From Tubulanus polymorphus (lineage: Eukaryota > Animalia > Nemertea), in assembly GCF_964204645.1 (NCBI RefSeq), contig NC_134029.1, positions 7,776,850 to 7,840,849 on the forward strand: a stretch of DNA of 64,000 nucleotides, read 5' to 3'. The position numbers and the translations under genes are program-made. Positions 11,956 through 24,031 of this stretch are shown one piece after another. The notes under the pieces were generated by a model that did not search any database, was not told the origin of the DNA, and saw only the letters and a list, made by a program, of their open reading frames with translations. Every line of letters begins with the position of its first letter. Within the stretch, counting starts at the first letter, position 1.

Positions 11956-14900
11956 ATATTCGATCTTGCACGTGTCGCGAATCTTAGGAAAATTGGATTG
12001 ACGACGAAACTGGCGCCTATCTACAGTCTAGATTTCTGTCTGCATCGATGAGATAAATGATTTGAGAATTGATGAGATTATATGTGGTAATAATAAACAG
12101 TATACGTGGAAACCAAATCGTATTGAAAATAAGTACAGATCTCGAGTCGTGCTTATCGCACAGGTATACGCTTTACTGATAGTGTCGAGGTATACTTACT
12201 AACTTGCTTATTAATGAAGCTCTAATAGTGCTCCAATAGGAATCTTGAAATGCGATATCCAATTAAATACTTCACGCTTCGTAATGACTTCTGATATTAA
12301 TATTCTTCTATATTCCGGAACGTTACCAGTTACTTACCAGGTACCAGCCACCAATCATTCATTGAGGGAAAGATCATTTTTTTAAATATAAATGGTGTTA
12401 GATGCATTCTGCCAAAACATCATCATACATTTGAATAGGAAAATTAAAGTACATGTACATATTTCTGGTTTGCAAAACAACATATAATGACACTGTGAAA
12501 ACATGCAAATAGAAGTTGTGCTGCGCTTCTACAAATTCTAGCTTTCGTCTATGTCAAAAAATGTCGGTACTCTGACCCAGGTACAAATCTTTCGGCCACG
12601 GCACGGAGGTCATTGGTTTCATTCAGTTCGCGATTGATACGATATAAATGATACATGCCATAGGTGAGAAAAATATCGCCATGTTTTTTATTTTGTTTTT
12701 CTTTTTTGATTTATAACTGAAGCTTCAGAGAGAAGTACTGCCCTGACCAATTCTTGTAAATTGGCGGCTGAGAATTTTTTTCAAAATTAGCGCTCCGAGA
12801 TGCATTTTGAGCGTACGTATATTACTGGACTTGTTTCGCCTAACGTTCGCTCAGCACTAGTGCAGACCCAACCTACTGCAAATTATTCCCTAGAAAGGAT
12901 TTCTTCTTGCCAAGGTTCGGGCCTTCAAGCGCATATAATCCTACGAGGGCTATATTTTATGTGATATCTAACGAGAAAATGGTACTATTACTCAGAAAAA
13001 CACATTCCGAAGATCTTTTCATTGAAAAACCACTGGCGTCTGATTCATTCGACGACTCTTGGGTATTCCTTGAAACAACATCGCTTATTGCGATAATGAA
13101 GATTTGGCCGTCCGAATATTGAGCTGATTGTACAAAAACTAAGAAAGTTGTGAAAAAGTTCTCGAACATGGAAGAAGGAACTGCATGTTGTATCTCAATT
13201 GCACATCAGATTGCTACACATACACCTCATAGTTTCACAAGCCGGTCATCATGCGTGTTTAGAAGATTAAAAGCCAAGTATGTCGGGCATAATGTTGGTA
13301 TCTTCGTTTTAAAGTTGAAAATTGTTGCCTTGGAACAATGAACAATAAGAGCTGTTTGTTACCTTCATACTAAAACCTCTTAAAGAAACCAAGATGAAAA
13401 TGTGTCGGTTCTGTAAGTCATCGTTTATTGCAATTCGGCAATTACAAAACATGTTTTTCAGCAAAATGCACAACTTTCTCCTGTTTACCAACCTGTCAGG
13501 TGGATTTTTGTAAAAATAATATCCCAACAAAACAGATGTATATATATATATATATATATTTATATAGATATATATCTGTTAGGTTTATCTATAACAAACT
13601 TTGTACAAACTATAATCTATATAATTCATAAGTAAACTCCTCAAACCGTAGTTCAAAGTCTAACACAGTTGTTGTTCTTGCAGTCATTGTTTTTCGAAGG
13701 GTCATTCAACGACAAATGTGGAAAAACGTACAAATCCAAGCACAAAACATTAGATATTCTTAAAAGATGTAGAATTACGATAAATTACATATTACGTATA
13801 TATATGTTTTAGCTGGTACATTTTGAATTCAGTACTGATTACAAACAGAACAGAAACAAAACGATACATGAAGTTTGTCCTGAAAAAGGTCGATTTGAGT
13901 TTTTCATTTTGAATTCACACTTTTCTAAATAAACGAAATTAATTTCGGAATTTGAAAATTATGACTGGGATATCCGAGGGTAATTTCCAGAATGCGCATA
14001 AACGCTGTTTCGGATTTTGAAAACAGATACACACAGTAAGCGATTATACAACGAACTCTGACATCGATGACTCTAGCTATTCTTTGTAGGCTTATTTTGG
14101 GGACAATTCACGCGGTTATTCCCTTCACAAACTATAACATAGATAGTTCGTAAAAAGACGACCGTGATAGATCTATAAATCACAAACAATTTTTCTATGT
14201 ACGTAAGAACGTGTTAGATCAATAACAAATCTAATTGTTTTTTTTTTCATTGTATATATTGTCGACTTATATTTCAATTTTACAAACTAACGATATATAT
14301 CTACGTGAACTACTTTTCAAGACGTTGTATTTGATAACTGTTTCTTCCATTAGAGTCGGTGCTGTCGTAATGATTGATTTCGCAACAACTAGTGTAAAAA
14401 CCAGTGCCCGACTTAAGTTCTAAAATTGACGTTCTGGGGGAAGAAATTTCTAAGCCGATGGCGAACGCATTTGTGATCTTTAGAAAGCGTTAAATCAGAG
14501 TTAAAATAGGGCCCCGATCTTAGGCTTACTGCTGAACTTGCTACAAAAAACCGACACCATATTTCTCTTTCGCTGACGCTATTATGATATAAAAATCTAC
14601 AAAAATTATCACTTATCTACAGGGAATGAATATTATCATAAATACGTACGGTTTCTGGTATTATTATCACATTTTACTTGGCGTCTTATATAAAACAACA
14701 ACAACTTACCGCATCGGTCTATTACATATCTATAGCTATTAGTTATCATAATATAATGGGTATGGGTAATACTTATAGACTGATATTCTTCATACATGCG
14801 CGTAAACATAAGCCAATTTAGTTAGTTTTTTTCCACAGCTTCATTAAATCTATTGATTACTAAACGTATTCAATATTCAATAATCGTATATCGGTAATTT

Positions 14901-15206
14901 GAATATAAATGTAGGTAATTATAAAGGTAGGTTGACAATTGAATATACATTGAATCATATCTACACAGGTCAGGGACTTCAGATTGCACTGCGCCAATTT
15001 ATTGTCAATGTGAAAGTTATTTGGTTTCGTATCAAAGCGTTTCCATATAATGCTCGATGACTGCCTTATGTATCATGAAGATATTTCATGCACCATAGAC
15101 CGTACAGATAGCCCATATAGCCAATTTGCTGAATTTTAAGATAATTTCAATGAAACCAGTCCTTGCATCCCTGACCTGCGAATTCGGAAAGGATTTCATC
15201 TAATCC

Positions 15207-15290
15207 AGGGCTCGGTTCCATAGTTCAGATGAAAATTTGACCCAGAGATAACTCATTGAAAATGAAACTCTAACTGTGGAACTGGGTCCT
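15207..15290. mobile_element. Short palindromic MITE; family with related copies at ~28361-28501, ~35930-36060 and ~39952-40030
   Basis: Imperfect terminal inverted repeats GGGCTCGGTTCCATAGTT / AACTGTGGAACTGGGTCC. Two of the related copies share ATAGAA.TAAGATGG.CTT.GA.TGGTTT. Confidence 0.55.
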
Positions 15291-15794
15291 CTAGCGCGAT
15301 CACAGATCAAAGTCGACATAAAGGTCGTGCACGTTTCTTGACAGTGTCATTTGTGCAAATAGAAATCACAAAAACTTCGCACACAGCATTTCTGGATTTA
15401 TTAGATTTCAAATCTAGTTTTTAATCCAGAGAGCTGTGTAGAGTTGGCCAGTTTGACCGTCAGAACTGCTGATCCAACAAACAATAAGTACACGATACAA
15501 GCAATATGATAATGGGCACGTAAAAAGAAATCTGTGACTGATGACAATCATTTCTGTGTTCGCCCATCAATGATGAAGATTAAAGATGGCCGCTGCACGA
15601 CCTCTATTGACCTTCAAAACCGTGTAAATTTCATAGCATGTAGCTGTGGAAAATATGGTTCGGACTATACCCAGATTATTTTTCAAAGCAATATTACAGA
15701 TGATTGTACGTGCTGCACACCACTCAATAAACCGGCTCGATTTTCTTCCCAACGAAACCGAATACGTTGCATATAATCAGTGAACCATATCGGT

Positions 15795-15920
15795 CGATTG
15801 GCTATCGAACGCGCCGAACTGGCTGTCGATTGGATATCGACGCGCCGAACTGGCTGTTGATTGGCTATCGACGCGCCGAACTGACTGTTGATAGGCTATC
15901 GAACGCGCCGAACTGGTTGT
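15795..15920. repeat. ~30-bp minisatellite, about 4 copies, in the probable HCN 3' UTR
   Basis: GATTGGCTATCGA(A)CGCGCCGAACTGGCTGT is repeated head to tail. Confidence 0.9.
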
Positions 15921-16241
15921 TTTTTTATAGTGAAGGTTGCAACATTGTTCTTGTTTTTTCAGATCTAGTCTATCATACATAATGAGGTTGGGAATCACTG
16001 TCGACAAGTAATTGCCGGTGCGGTAAAAATACCCGATAACAAACGAGGGTGTGATCAAACCCCGATATTGTCATATATTCAATCGCACGATGGAACATGA
16101 TCGATCTCATCAACAATGTTTAATTGTCTGTGTATAATGTGTATATACATATACAGGATCATTTGATTATTTTGGTCTGGATGGCGCTAACATAGAATGG
16201 CATTTTAGTAACTAAATATATACGTATTAGCTTATATATTA

Positions 16242-16765
16242 TTACACTATTGACTCTCGATCAGAAGAATGTTTATCTGCATCCTTATCCGCTTCTTTTT
16301 CCTTCTCCTTGTCATCCTTATCCTTTTTCTTATCTTTCTTACTGCCTACGATAGTTAGACCGCGAATGCTACTCAGCGATAAACTAGATCGAGACTTTTT
16401 CATGTCTTTATCCAATTCCAGCAAGTGATCCTTTTCCTGATCCTTATTTTCCTTTTCTTTCTTCGTACCGGATGTGGTACTCTCGGCAAGTGACTCGTCA
16501 CTTCCGCTCGCCATCGGCGTCGATTGATAGATGATTTCGTTGACTGTGTGACAGTCTTCTTCGAGATCGGCCCGACTGCTTACCATGCTCGGGTTTTTAC
16601 CGATTTTGTTCAGTCGTTCTGCGGCCACGGTTTCCATGGTCCGCCTCATCACAGGGTAGTTATCAAGTACGGCGTTAAAGTGTTCGACGGACAGCGAGAA
16701 CAGATTACAGTACGTCTCCGCCCGTACGCTAGCAACTCGTTTCGCATTCGTGAGCAAACATATTT
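16242..16765 (-). CDS. HCN: HCN last exon: CNBD second part and charged C-terminal tail
   Basis: ttttacag|. Reads EICLLTNAKRVASVRAETYCNLFSL...AAERL..IGK...RESIV* (TAA). Confidence 0.93.
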
Positions 16766-16848
16766 CTGTAAAATTGAAAAGAAATTCAGACTTAAAATTC
16801 CAATTGTGAGAACACGAAATGTATGGCGAGGAACTTTTTTTGAAATAC

Positions 16849-17092
16849 CTCCGAAGTATGAACCGTCTGATAGACTGGTCGCCACCTCCCCGTCCTTAGT
16901 GATTATATCGACAATGCCTTCCTGTATGAAATACATCTTCGTTCCTAAGGTACCCTCTTTGATGATAATGTCTCCGGGTTGGAAGACCTCGTACTTTAAC
17001 TTAGAGATGACGTCGGACACAAAAAGCGGATCGGCGTGGGTGAAAAACGGAACGGCGGCCACGAGCGCCCGGCAGTTGTAGTTGATAATTTG
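16849..17092 (-). CDS. HCN: HCN exon: CNBD, first part
   Basis: tttacag| ... GGA G|gtattt. Reads QIINYNCRALVAAVPFF...EVFQPGD...MYFIQEG...DGSYFG. Confidence 0.95.
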
Positions 17093-17311
17093 CTGTAAAA
17101 TAGAATGTAAAAAATGTATGATTAAATCTAAACCTTATTTTGAACCGAAAACTTAGATCCACTCAAGTAGCCGATTGGTTTACAAATGCTAAGCTTGACT
17201 AACTGACCAATAAAACAAATAGATATTTACTCAAATAAATGTTAAATGTTATTCAAACTTATGTTTTAATCCTTTTATATTCAGTGTTTTGAATTACTTC
17301 AAATATTATTA

Positions 17312-17410
17312 TTGTAAACCGCTTTGAAACACATGTGAAAGGCGGTATAAAAATAAAGATAATAATAATTATGAATATTATTGTTATTATTACTATCATT
17401 ATTATTATAA
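17312..17410 (+). mobile_element. 3' end remnant of an L2/CR1-type LINE or SINE
   Basis: TGTAAACCGCTTTGAAAC...GAAAGGCGGTATAAAAATAAA followed by a (TAA/TTA)n tail, matching the L2-type 3' stem-loop plus simple-repeat tail. Confidence 0.55.
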
Positions 17411-17515
17411 ATACACGTACCCACCTATGAATTATCTAAGTATTGTCATAATCTGTTTTGAAAAAGAAGAAAAGTAGATCTCCAGTTCGATGTACACATC
17501 GAGTAAAATACGCAC

Positions 17516-17662
17516 CTCTCTTAAACATTCCGATAATTCCGACATGATGGCCTCCTCATCAAACATCTTTCCCTGATATCGGTGTTCATAGTAATCCGTT
17601 ATTCGCTGTCTCAATTCACGAGGGAATTTCCTATAACCCATGTATTCTTCTACTTGTTTGAA
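17516..17662 (-). CDS. HCN: HCN exon: C-linker
   Basis: tttcag| ... GAG|gtgcgt. Reads [49 protein letters not shown]. Confidence 0.95.
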
Positions 17663-19172
17663 CTGAAATGAAAAAAAAAATCCGACAAATGGATTAATTG
17701 TATCATAAAGGATGGTGATACATTCGCAGTATTCCCAAGAATATCATCTACACGATTCGTGATATCAGCTCGCGTCATTTTACGTTACAGTCGTTTGCGT
17801 TGCATTTTAAAAACTCAAGACAGCTATGTGGAATACGAGTCATGTAATTTGATATCAAGCGCATATGCCTGATTATATTTCTATTTCCAAAATAGGAATC
17901 TCGCAGCTCCATCACTCTAAATTCACTGGCATGATGTAAATTCTGAATCAATTTCCGTTCACCGCTCTACAATTAGCGCGCATAAAAGATTCAGCCACGA
18001 TTTTTTCCTCGCGCTTCAGTAATCGCTACATATTTCCTAATTTCCCATCTAGATAAGGTAATCTATACTATCATCAAATATGTTACCGCTACTACAGTCT
18101 TGTAATGATCAAGAATTTGATGATTATAATTGTTGATTTCAGTGATAAACGGATAGTGCTTCAGTGATTCCGTATCTAACAGAGTGACGAATGAATAGTG
18201 GATCGGATCACTTCTTTGGTGAACGGATCCAGCTATAATATATTTCGGCAAATATATCCATGTTTGTCTACATAATATGGATCTAACAAATTACACGATC
18301 GTAATCTATTTCAGTCCCATGCATGACATTTGACACTTCTAATGAGCTGATTCCTAAAAGTAGAGTAGACTGTCATTTAGATAAGTATAGGTGGCAAACT
18401 TCTTCGTTTTAGTTTTCCACAAGGATGACTGTGCAACTAAATGAAAAACATTCTTTCGTTTCTAATTGTCTAAATCGTCTTGATCGTCCCCGATATAGAG
18501 AACTATCCTAACAGCTTTACACTTGAAAGTAAATGTCAGAACTTACTTCAAAAGCTCCACCCTGCATATCGAATTGCAACAAAAGTATATAGATTCATTT
18601 CGTTTATAGTAAATGTGAAATGTATACGCCTCAGCGTTCAACACAGGAATATAATATATTTGAGACACTGAACAAGTTTCTCAAGTTATCATTGTCAATA
18701 AGATGCCCTCCTTTGTCCTTATCAATGATAATCGTATATTCTCCCTAGTCATTATCAATAAGGATCACATTATGCCCTTCTCTTATTTTCATTCTTTCGT
18801 TTCAACATTTCAAGTGCAAGATAAGATCGTTTGCTGTTAGATTTAGTTGTCAGAACGGGGTCTTCAATTGATAACACTAAAGGTTACAGGTGAACGCTAA
18901 AAAGTCTAACAATTTAGAAGAAGCCATGATAGTTGGAATACAAATTTCCCACTGAAAAGGTTAATCGCAAATAACGATGCATTTCAATTAATTATTCAGG
19001 GCTTTGTAAAAAAGCACCTCGCATTTTCTTAGGATATTACAAGATGCAGGTTTATACTTACGCAAAAGGGCAGATTTTGTAAAACATCTGACAGAACAGA
19101 TTCGGTTTTCCTTGTTGAGATACTGTTTATAGTTCGAGCACAAAATGAAACAATCAAAGAAATGTTACTAAC

Positions 19173-19391
19173 CTTTTCTCGATAGAGTCGTTTGGATGTG
19201 TCAAAGGACTGGATGAGAGTTGTTGCGTGACCAACAAACAGTGCATAGCACGTGGCTCCTGTGAGCATGCTGACCATCGTTAGCCAAACGTCAGTCAGAT
19301 TCTGAGGCGGAAAGCGACCATAACCGATGCATAACATGTGAGACAACGCTTTGAAAAGCGCCCACGTGTACTGATCCCACCAGTATGCTTT
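19173..19391 (-). CDS. HCN: HCN exon: pore (CIGYG) and S6
   Basis: ttttcag| ... AAG|gttagt. Reads [29 protein letters not shown]...[10 protein letters not shown]. Confidence 0.95.
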
Positions 19392-19476
19392 CTGAAAAAG
19401 AATTCCAAAAAGCATTAACGAGCATCTCGGTTCTATGGAATGGTAAATCAAAAGCAGAGCACGCCTCCACCTCACA

Positions 19477-19714
19477 GGGCCAACTTCGGTTTTTGCAGTT
19501 AGTCGACTATAGTGGTCGGAGCTAATCATCGAACGCACTATAGTTTGGTCGTTACGTATTTCACAGTGTCGGTCATCTTGGAATTTGGTCCGAACTACAG
19601 CGACTGTGCTTAACCAGCGTGGTCGACCATTTCGAGATCCTAGTTTCGACTAATTGACATTCAGTTTCATTTAGTTCGATTATAATCGACTAACTCCGAT
19701 AACGAAGTTCACCC
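19477..19714. mobile_element. MITE inside the 389-bp HCN intron
   Basis: Imperfect ~34-bp TIRs: GGGCCAACTTCGGTTTTTGCAGTTAGTCGACTATA and TATAATCGACTAACTCCGATAACGAAGTTCACCC. Confidence 0.65.
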
Positions 19715-19780
19715 AGGATGGCAAGAGTTTTGCGCTATGGAATTAGATGCCCTCAAAGTGACATGGAATGTTTTTCATAC

Positions 19781-19930
19781 CTGTAATTCGTTAATCGCAA
19801 TCCATGAACTGGATGGGAAATCCTGAAGCATTGGAACTAGAAATTGCAAGCATCCATTCCAATGGCCGAGTAGTATCATCAGACATATCAGATTGAAGAT
19901 CCGGATGAACATACCAGCAAAATTGAGGAA
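19781..19930 (-). CDS. HCN: HCN exon: S5
   Basis: tttcag| ... CAG|gtatg. Reads FLNFAGMFIRIFNLICLMILLGHWNGCLQFLVPMLQDFPSSSWIAINELQ. Confidence 0.93.
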
Positions 19931-20467
19931 CTGAAATTCAAAAGATTTTTCAACCATGAATAGCGTAATCGGCGAGCGACATGATCTTATTAATATGGTG
20001 TTAAAACTCCAAATAACGAAACCCTTGATACACCACGAAAAAGAAAAATGTATAGCCATATTTCGCATTATTAGCAATTCATATCTTCACCAACTCATTT
20101 TTCTCGACACGAGCTAACTAAACACCGTAAAATTATGATAAAACAATGAAAGGGACGGAACCACACAACAGAGCGCTAGGAAAATATAGAAAAAAACTGG
20201 CGAGGCAGCGAACACAGTACTTATCAACGAGGGGAGCTAGATGAACAAAAAACATGCACAAAACAAAGATATTCTATAATTATGAAACATGAAAACATCA
20301 GAGATAAATATCATGCCAAGACGAATACCCTTCACAATACACACGCACACAAAGAAGAGGAAAATTTCTGAAATAAGTACGAAAACGTTTAATTACAAGA
20401 AAAAAATCACTCGTTGTTTTTACCATCGCCATCTACGAATTGTGATATTAGTTTTTTTCCCGATCCT

Positions 20468-20922
20468 ACGGAAGCGTCCTGGGGCATTGGATAAAGATTT
20501 TTCGATTTAATCCAAACGTAATATCTCGAAATAACGTCTCGTTTTCTGAATAATCTCGTTTTCTGAATTTACTTTGGCATAATATCTCGGAATAAGATAT
20601 TGGCACATTAAATACTTAATTCTACATTACAGCATATTATTCCGACATGTTTTCTCAAATTAAACTCGACGACATTCTGAAATAAGTGTACACATCTTAT
20701 TCCGAGATATGACCGAGTAAATTTGCAAAACGTTTTATTTAATGGAAATTTCCCCGGGTAGTGTGAATTTCCACTGATTAAAAACAAATTTGAATCAATT
20801 CCGACGTGATATCTCAGAGAAAAATGATTTCGATTAAATCAAAACGTTTGACAATTTCATTCCGAGCTCAGAATTACGATTCCGAAAATATTCTTCATCT
20901 CATGCCCCCGGGACGCTTCCGT
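20468..20922. mobile_element. MITE, ~455 bp
   Basis: TIRs ACGGAAGCGTCCTGGGGCAT / ATGCCCCCGGGACGCTTCCGT, with internal repeats of ATATCTCG(G)AA(A)TAA in both orientations. Confidence 0.8.
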
Positions 20923-23641
20923 TATCATCCTAATCATCCTAATTCGGAATAAAAATGGCTGAACCTAAATTCGTGATATTAGCTTTTCGTGTGTATGAAT
21001 ATAAATCAAATCTCGATTTTGAAATAAAGCAATACATAATCGTCGGTTAAGAATTGAAACTTAAGAAGAATCGTTGAAGAAGACTCGCTGTGAAGTTTTT
21101 TCGATCGAATATCGAAAATGATTAAACGGTGAGAATATACGGTGATTCTGCAATACGTCCCCTAAAACAGCAGTGCTCGTTAGTATAATACGATTAACAG
21201 CCATGTTTTTCTTTTAATTATTCTGGCTTAATTAATCATAGCAAGTAACAAAGTGTCTAAACTATCTACCATTTATAGTCTAAAAAGCGTTCTCTAATAC
21301 GGGAAACTAACTTTTGCCATCATATTTATAACGCTAATGGGAACGTTGTTGATGTGGGTTTCGTATATTCGTGTTTGGAAATGCTAGCTCTAGCTCAAAT
21401 GTTAGCAGGCGAAATACGTTATTAGGATTTCGAAATCTGCGAATGGAGGTGACAATGTGTATGGAAAGATGGCGGCTTGGTGTTAACTGATTAGTTCTTA
21501 TATATGTCTTGCTGTAGGACCGAACGTCTTGCGAAGAGAGTTAGGCTTATCAATCTAAATCTGAGGATCTGATATTGCCACCTTGTTTTGACGTGTTTGT
21601 TGTGTAACGCTGAAGACTTGTCTCTCTAGATATCTATTCGATCCGCTCGTCGAAGATTTCTATGCGTCGCCGTCCGTTCGAGCGAAAGCGTTAACGGCAA
21701 ACGGCGTAAATTCTAATTAAAAATTGACGTCGCGGTTCAATCGATGTGCGCAAAATGCAGACAGCCAGAAATGAAAATTGCTCAGCATAAAATTACACTG
21801 TTGGCGATTATAGGCACGATAATAATATTCTGATACAGTTGTTGTACTCATCTTTATCAATCGAAACAAACGGAATTCTAAGCGAAACTGATCAACTGCA
21901 TTGCTCCGGAGTTGGCCAAATGAGGTCAGACAACTCGGAGCACTGAGCAGTCGAAAAAAGCTAAAGGATTAGCAAGGGGGTCACTTCTATGTGGGTATAG
22001 ATAGCAATGTAAACACGACTTGGGCAGTAGCTCAAATCACCAGAATAAGAAGGTTCGATAAGAAGGTTGTCTTATTTCCTTTGTGCAAACTGGCCCCATC
22101 ATCAGATGGATGTTAGTATTGGTATCATGTATAAGTGTTTTATTTTTTGTTAATATACGTATCATCCGTAGTATGTTAATTGATATATATATAAATGGAA
22201 ATTAATAAAATAATGGAAAATGAAGAGCTAGTTCTAGCATTTAAAATATACAGGCGAATGTGAAAGGCATACCGCTTTTGTTTCCCCATATCCGAGAGTT
22301 AGCTGTGAAGAAAGAATGAATAATTATAATAGAATAAAACAAGTTCATCATGGCGATTATAACGGTTTGGATATATTTCGTCCGATCATCAGTCGAAGTC
22401 TTGGCGCATTACGTGTCGTTGCGTCTAAAGAAAGATAGAGAAATACGTGGTGTATATTCGTGCCTTATTTGGAGAAAAAATTGTGCTCGCTAAATACCCT
22501 TACAGAGTGACCCCCTAACGCTTTGCCTTGCTCTGGCATTACTATCGTTATGTTTACTCCTCATAAACTCGAACCAATGTTTAGATTTTTTTTTATACAA
22601 AATACGCGGAGACGACCGTTCGCCGTGTATCCGGGTACTTTGAATGCAGTACGAGCCACGGATCTGCGGCATTCCCTACCAATCGGTGCAGATTGCGTGC
22701 ATTTCGGCAAAATAAGGATAGTAAAGAGAAAAGTGTCCAAAATATGGGCGTTTCCGCAGTGCATTGAAACAAAGGAAATATACAAATATCAGTCAAACAC
22801 GAAGGTATCCGGAGTTAGGGCACCAGGACGAGTGTCAATTGTAACCAGATTCGTAATCTTAGGTTACACTTGACTAAATCATAAATGAATTAAGACTCTC
22901 AAGTCAGATTAGATAGACTACGCAGAAACCAGTTCCACGTGGTTGTCGGTTAAAATGACTTGGAGTAGACATTGAACTAGTATTCTACTCTAAGGCCTAA
23001 ATCGACACCCACATAGCTACGGTAGTGGGTCCAAATGTGCATATTATCACAAATGATAAATTCATTTATCTGTTCTCAACTTATTCGGGGTACAGGGACA
23101 AAACAAAATCAACAACATCGTTACAGAATTACTAACAATAATTTCCATATGATGATTATCCTAATGTGAAAACTATTCGACCTATCTACATCTATCTATA
23201 TGACTTTGGACAAAAGGTTTGATAAATTGTTCACGTAACATGTATACTTTAAAAAAGGCCAAATGAGAACGCGTGTACCCCTAAACGGATGATCATAATT
23301 TCAAGGCCTGGTCGGTCTCATACAGGATTATTGGCATTTAGCACTCGTCACCATTAGGTTTCTATACATCTTTTACCACCACGATTTTGTTTTCGTCTTC
23401 GACTGTTTTCAACCACCACAAGACTTTACGACATAAACATAAATAGTACACACAATCACACGATGCATCGAAAGTAGTTATTGTATATCATTTTTGAAAA
23501 AATCAAGACCGAACATAGCTGAGGGTTTTGTAGATCAAAACGCTCATCGCCCGATCCGACCGCTAGGCACGCTACACGCTACAGGGTTTTAACGAGAATC
23601 GTAGCCGCGTCGTGTTCGTGTGGGGAGCGAATGGAACGTAC

Positions 23642-23739
23642 CTCTTCCCACTGGCTAACGTATCTCACCAGCCTTGACAAACGTAAAAGTCGTAGTAAAC
23701 TGAGCAGCTTTGCTAACCTGAGGATTCGCAGGGCTCTAC
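23642..23739 (-). CDS. HCN: HCN exon: S4 voltage sensor
   Basis: ttacag| ... GAG|gtacgt. Reads [33 protein letters not shown]. Confidence 0.95.
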
Positions 23740-23855
23740 CTGTAACATAGAAAATATGAATCATGATGAAAAAAGTGCGAAAGCTCGACATGACAAAAGT
23801 ATATGAAGTTAATCACCATTGAAGAGACACTATATCCGTGTTGTGACGATGATAT

Positions 23856-24031
23856 TACGAGAATCCCACAATAAAAACGAAAAGGTCCGAATATGTTTTT
23901 CTTGAGCTTGTGTAGTTTATTGAACGTTTCGACTATATACTATTAGTCATCTTCAGGAACACTCCCATATTTTAACCCAGTGTTCCTGAAGATAACTATT
24001 CGTATAAAGTCGAAACGTGGGGATTCTCGTA
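23856..24031. mobile_element. Palindromic Penelope-like pLTR remnant with hammerhead-like cores
   Basis: Perfect 14-bp inner inverted arms (23950-23963 and 23979-23992). CTGAAGA..stem..GAAACGT on both strands. Outer inverted ends TACGAGAATCCCAC / GTGGGGATTCTCGTA. Confidence 0.55.

Noticed and set aside
15795-15920. 30-bp repeats as a CRISPR array
   Set aside because: Units are head to tail with no unique spacers, the context is eukaryotic and there are no cas genes.
16524-17081. 185-aa plus-strand ORF
   Set aside because: Antisense shadow of the HCN CNBD exons with no recognisable motifs.
22490-22675. Basic minus-strand ORF as an HCN S4-S5 insert exon
   Set aside because: In-frame acceptors exist, but both nearby GT donors are phase 1, so it cannot rejoin the phase-0 exon. 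No recognisable homology.
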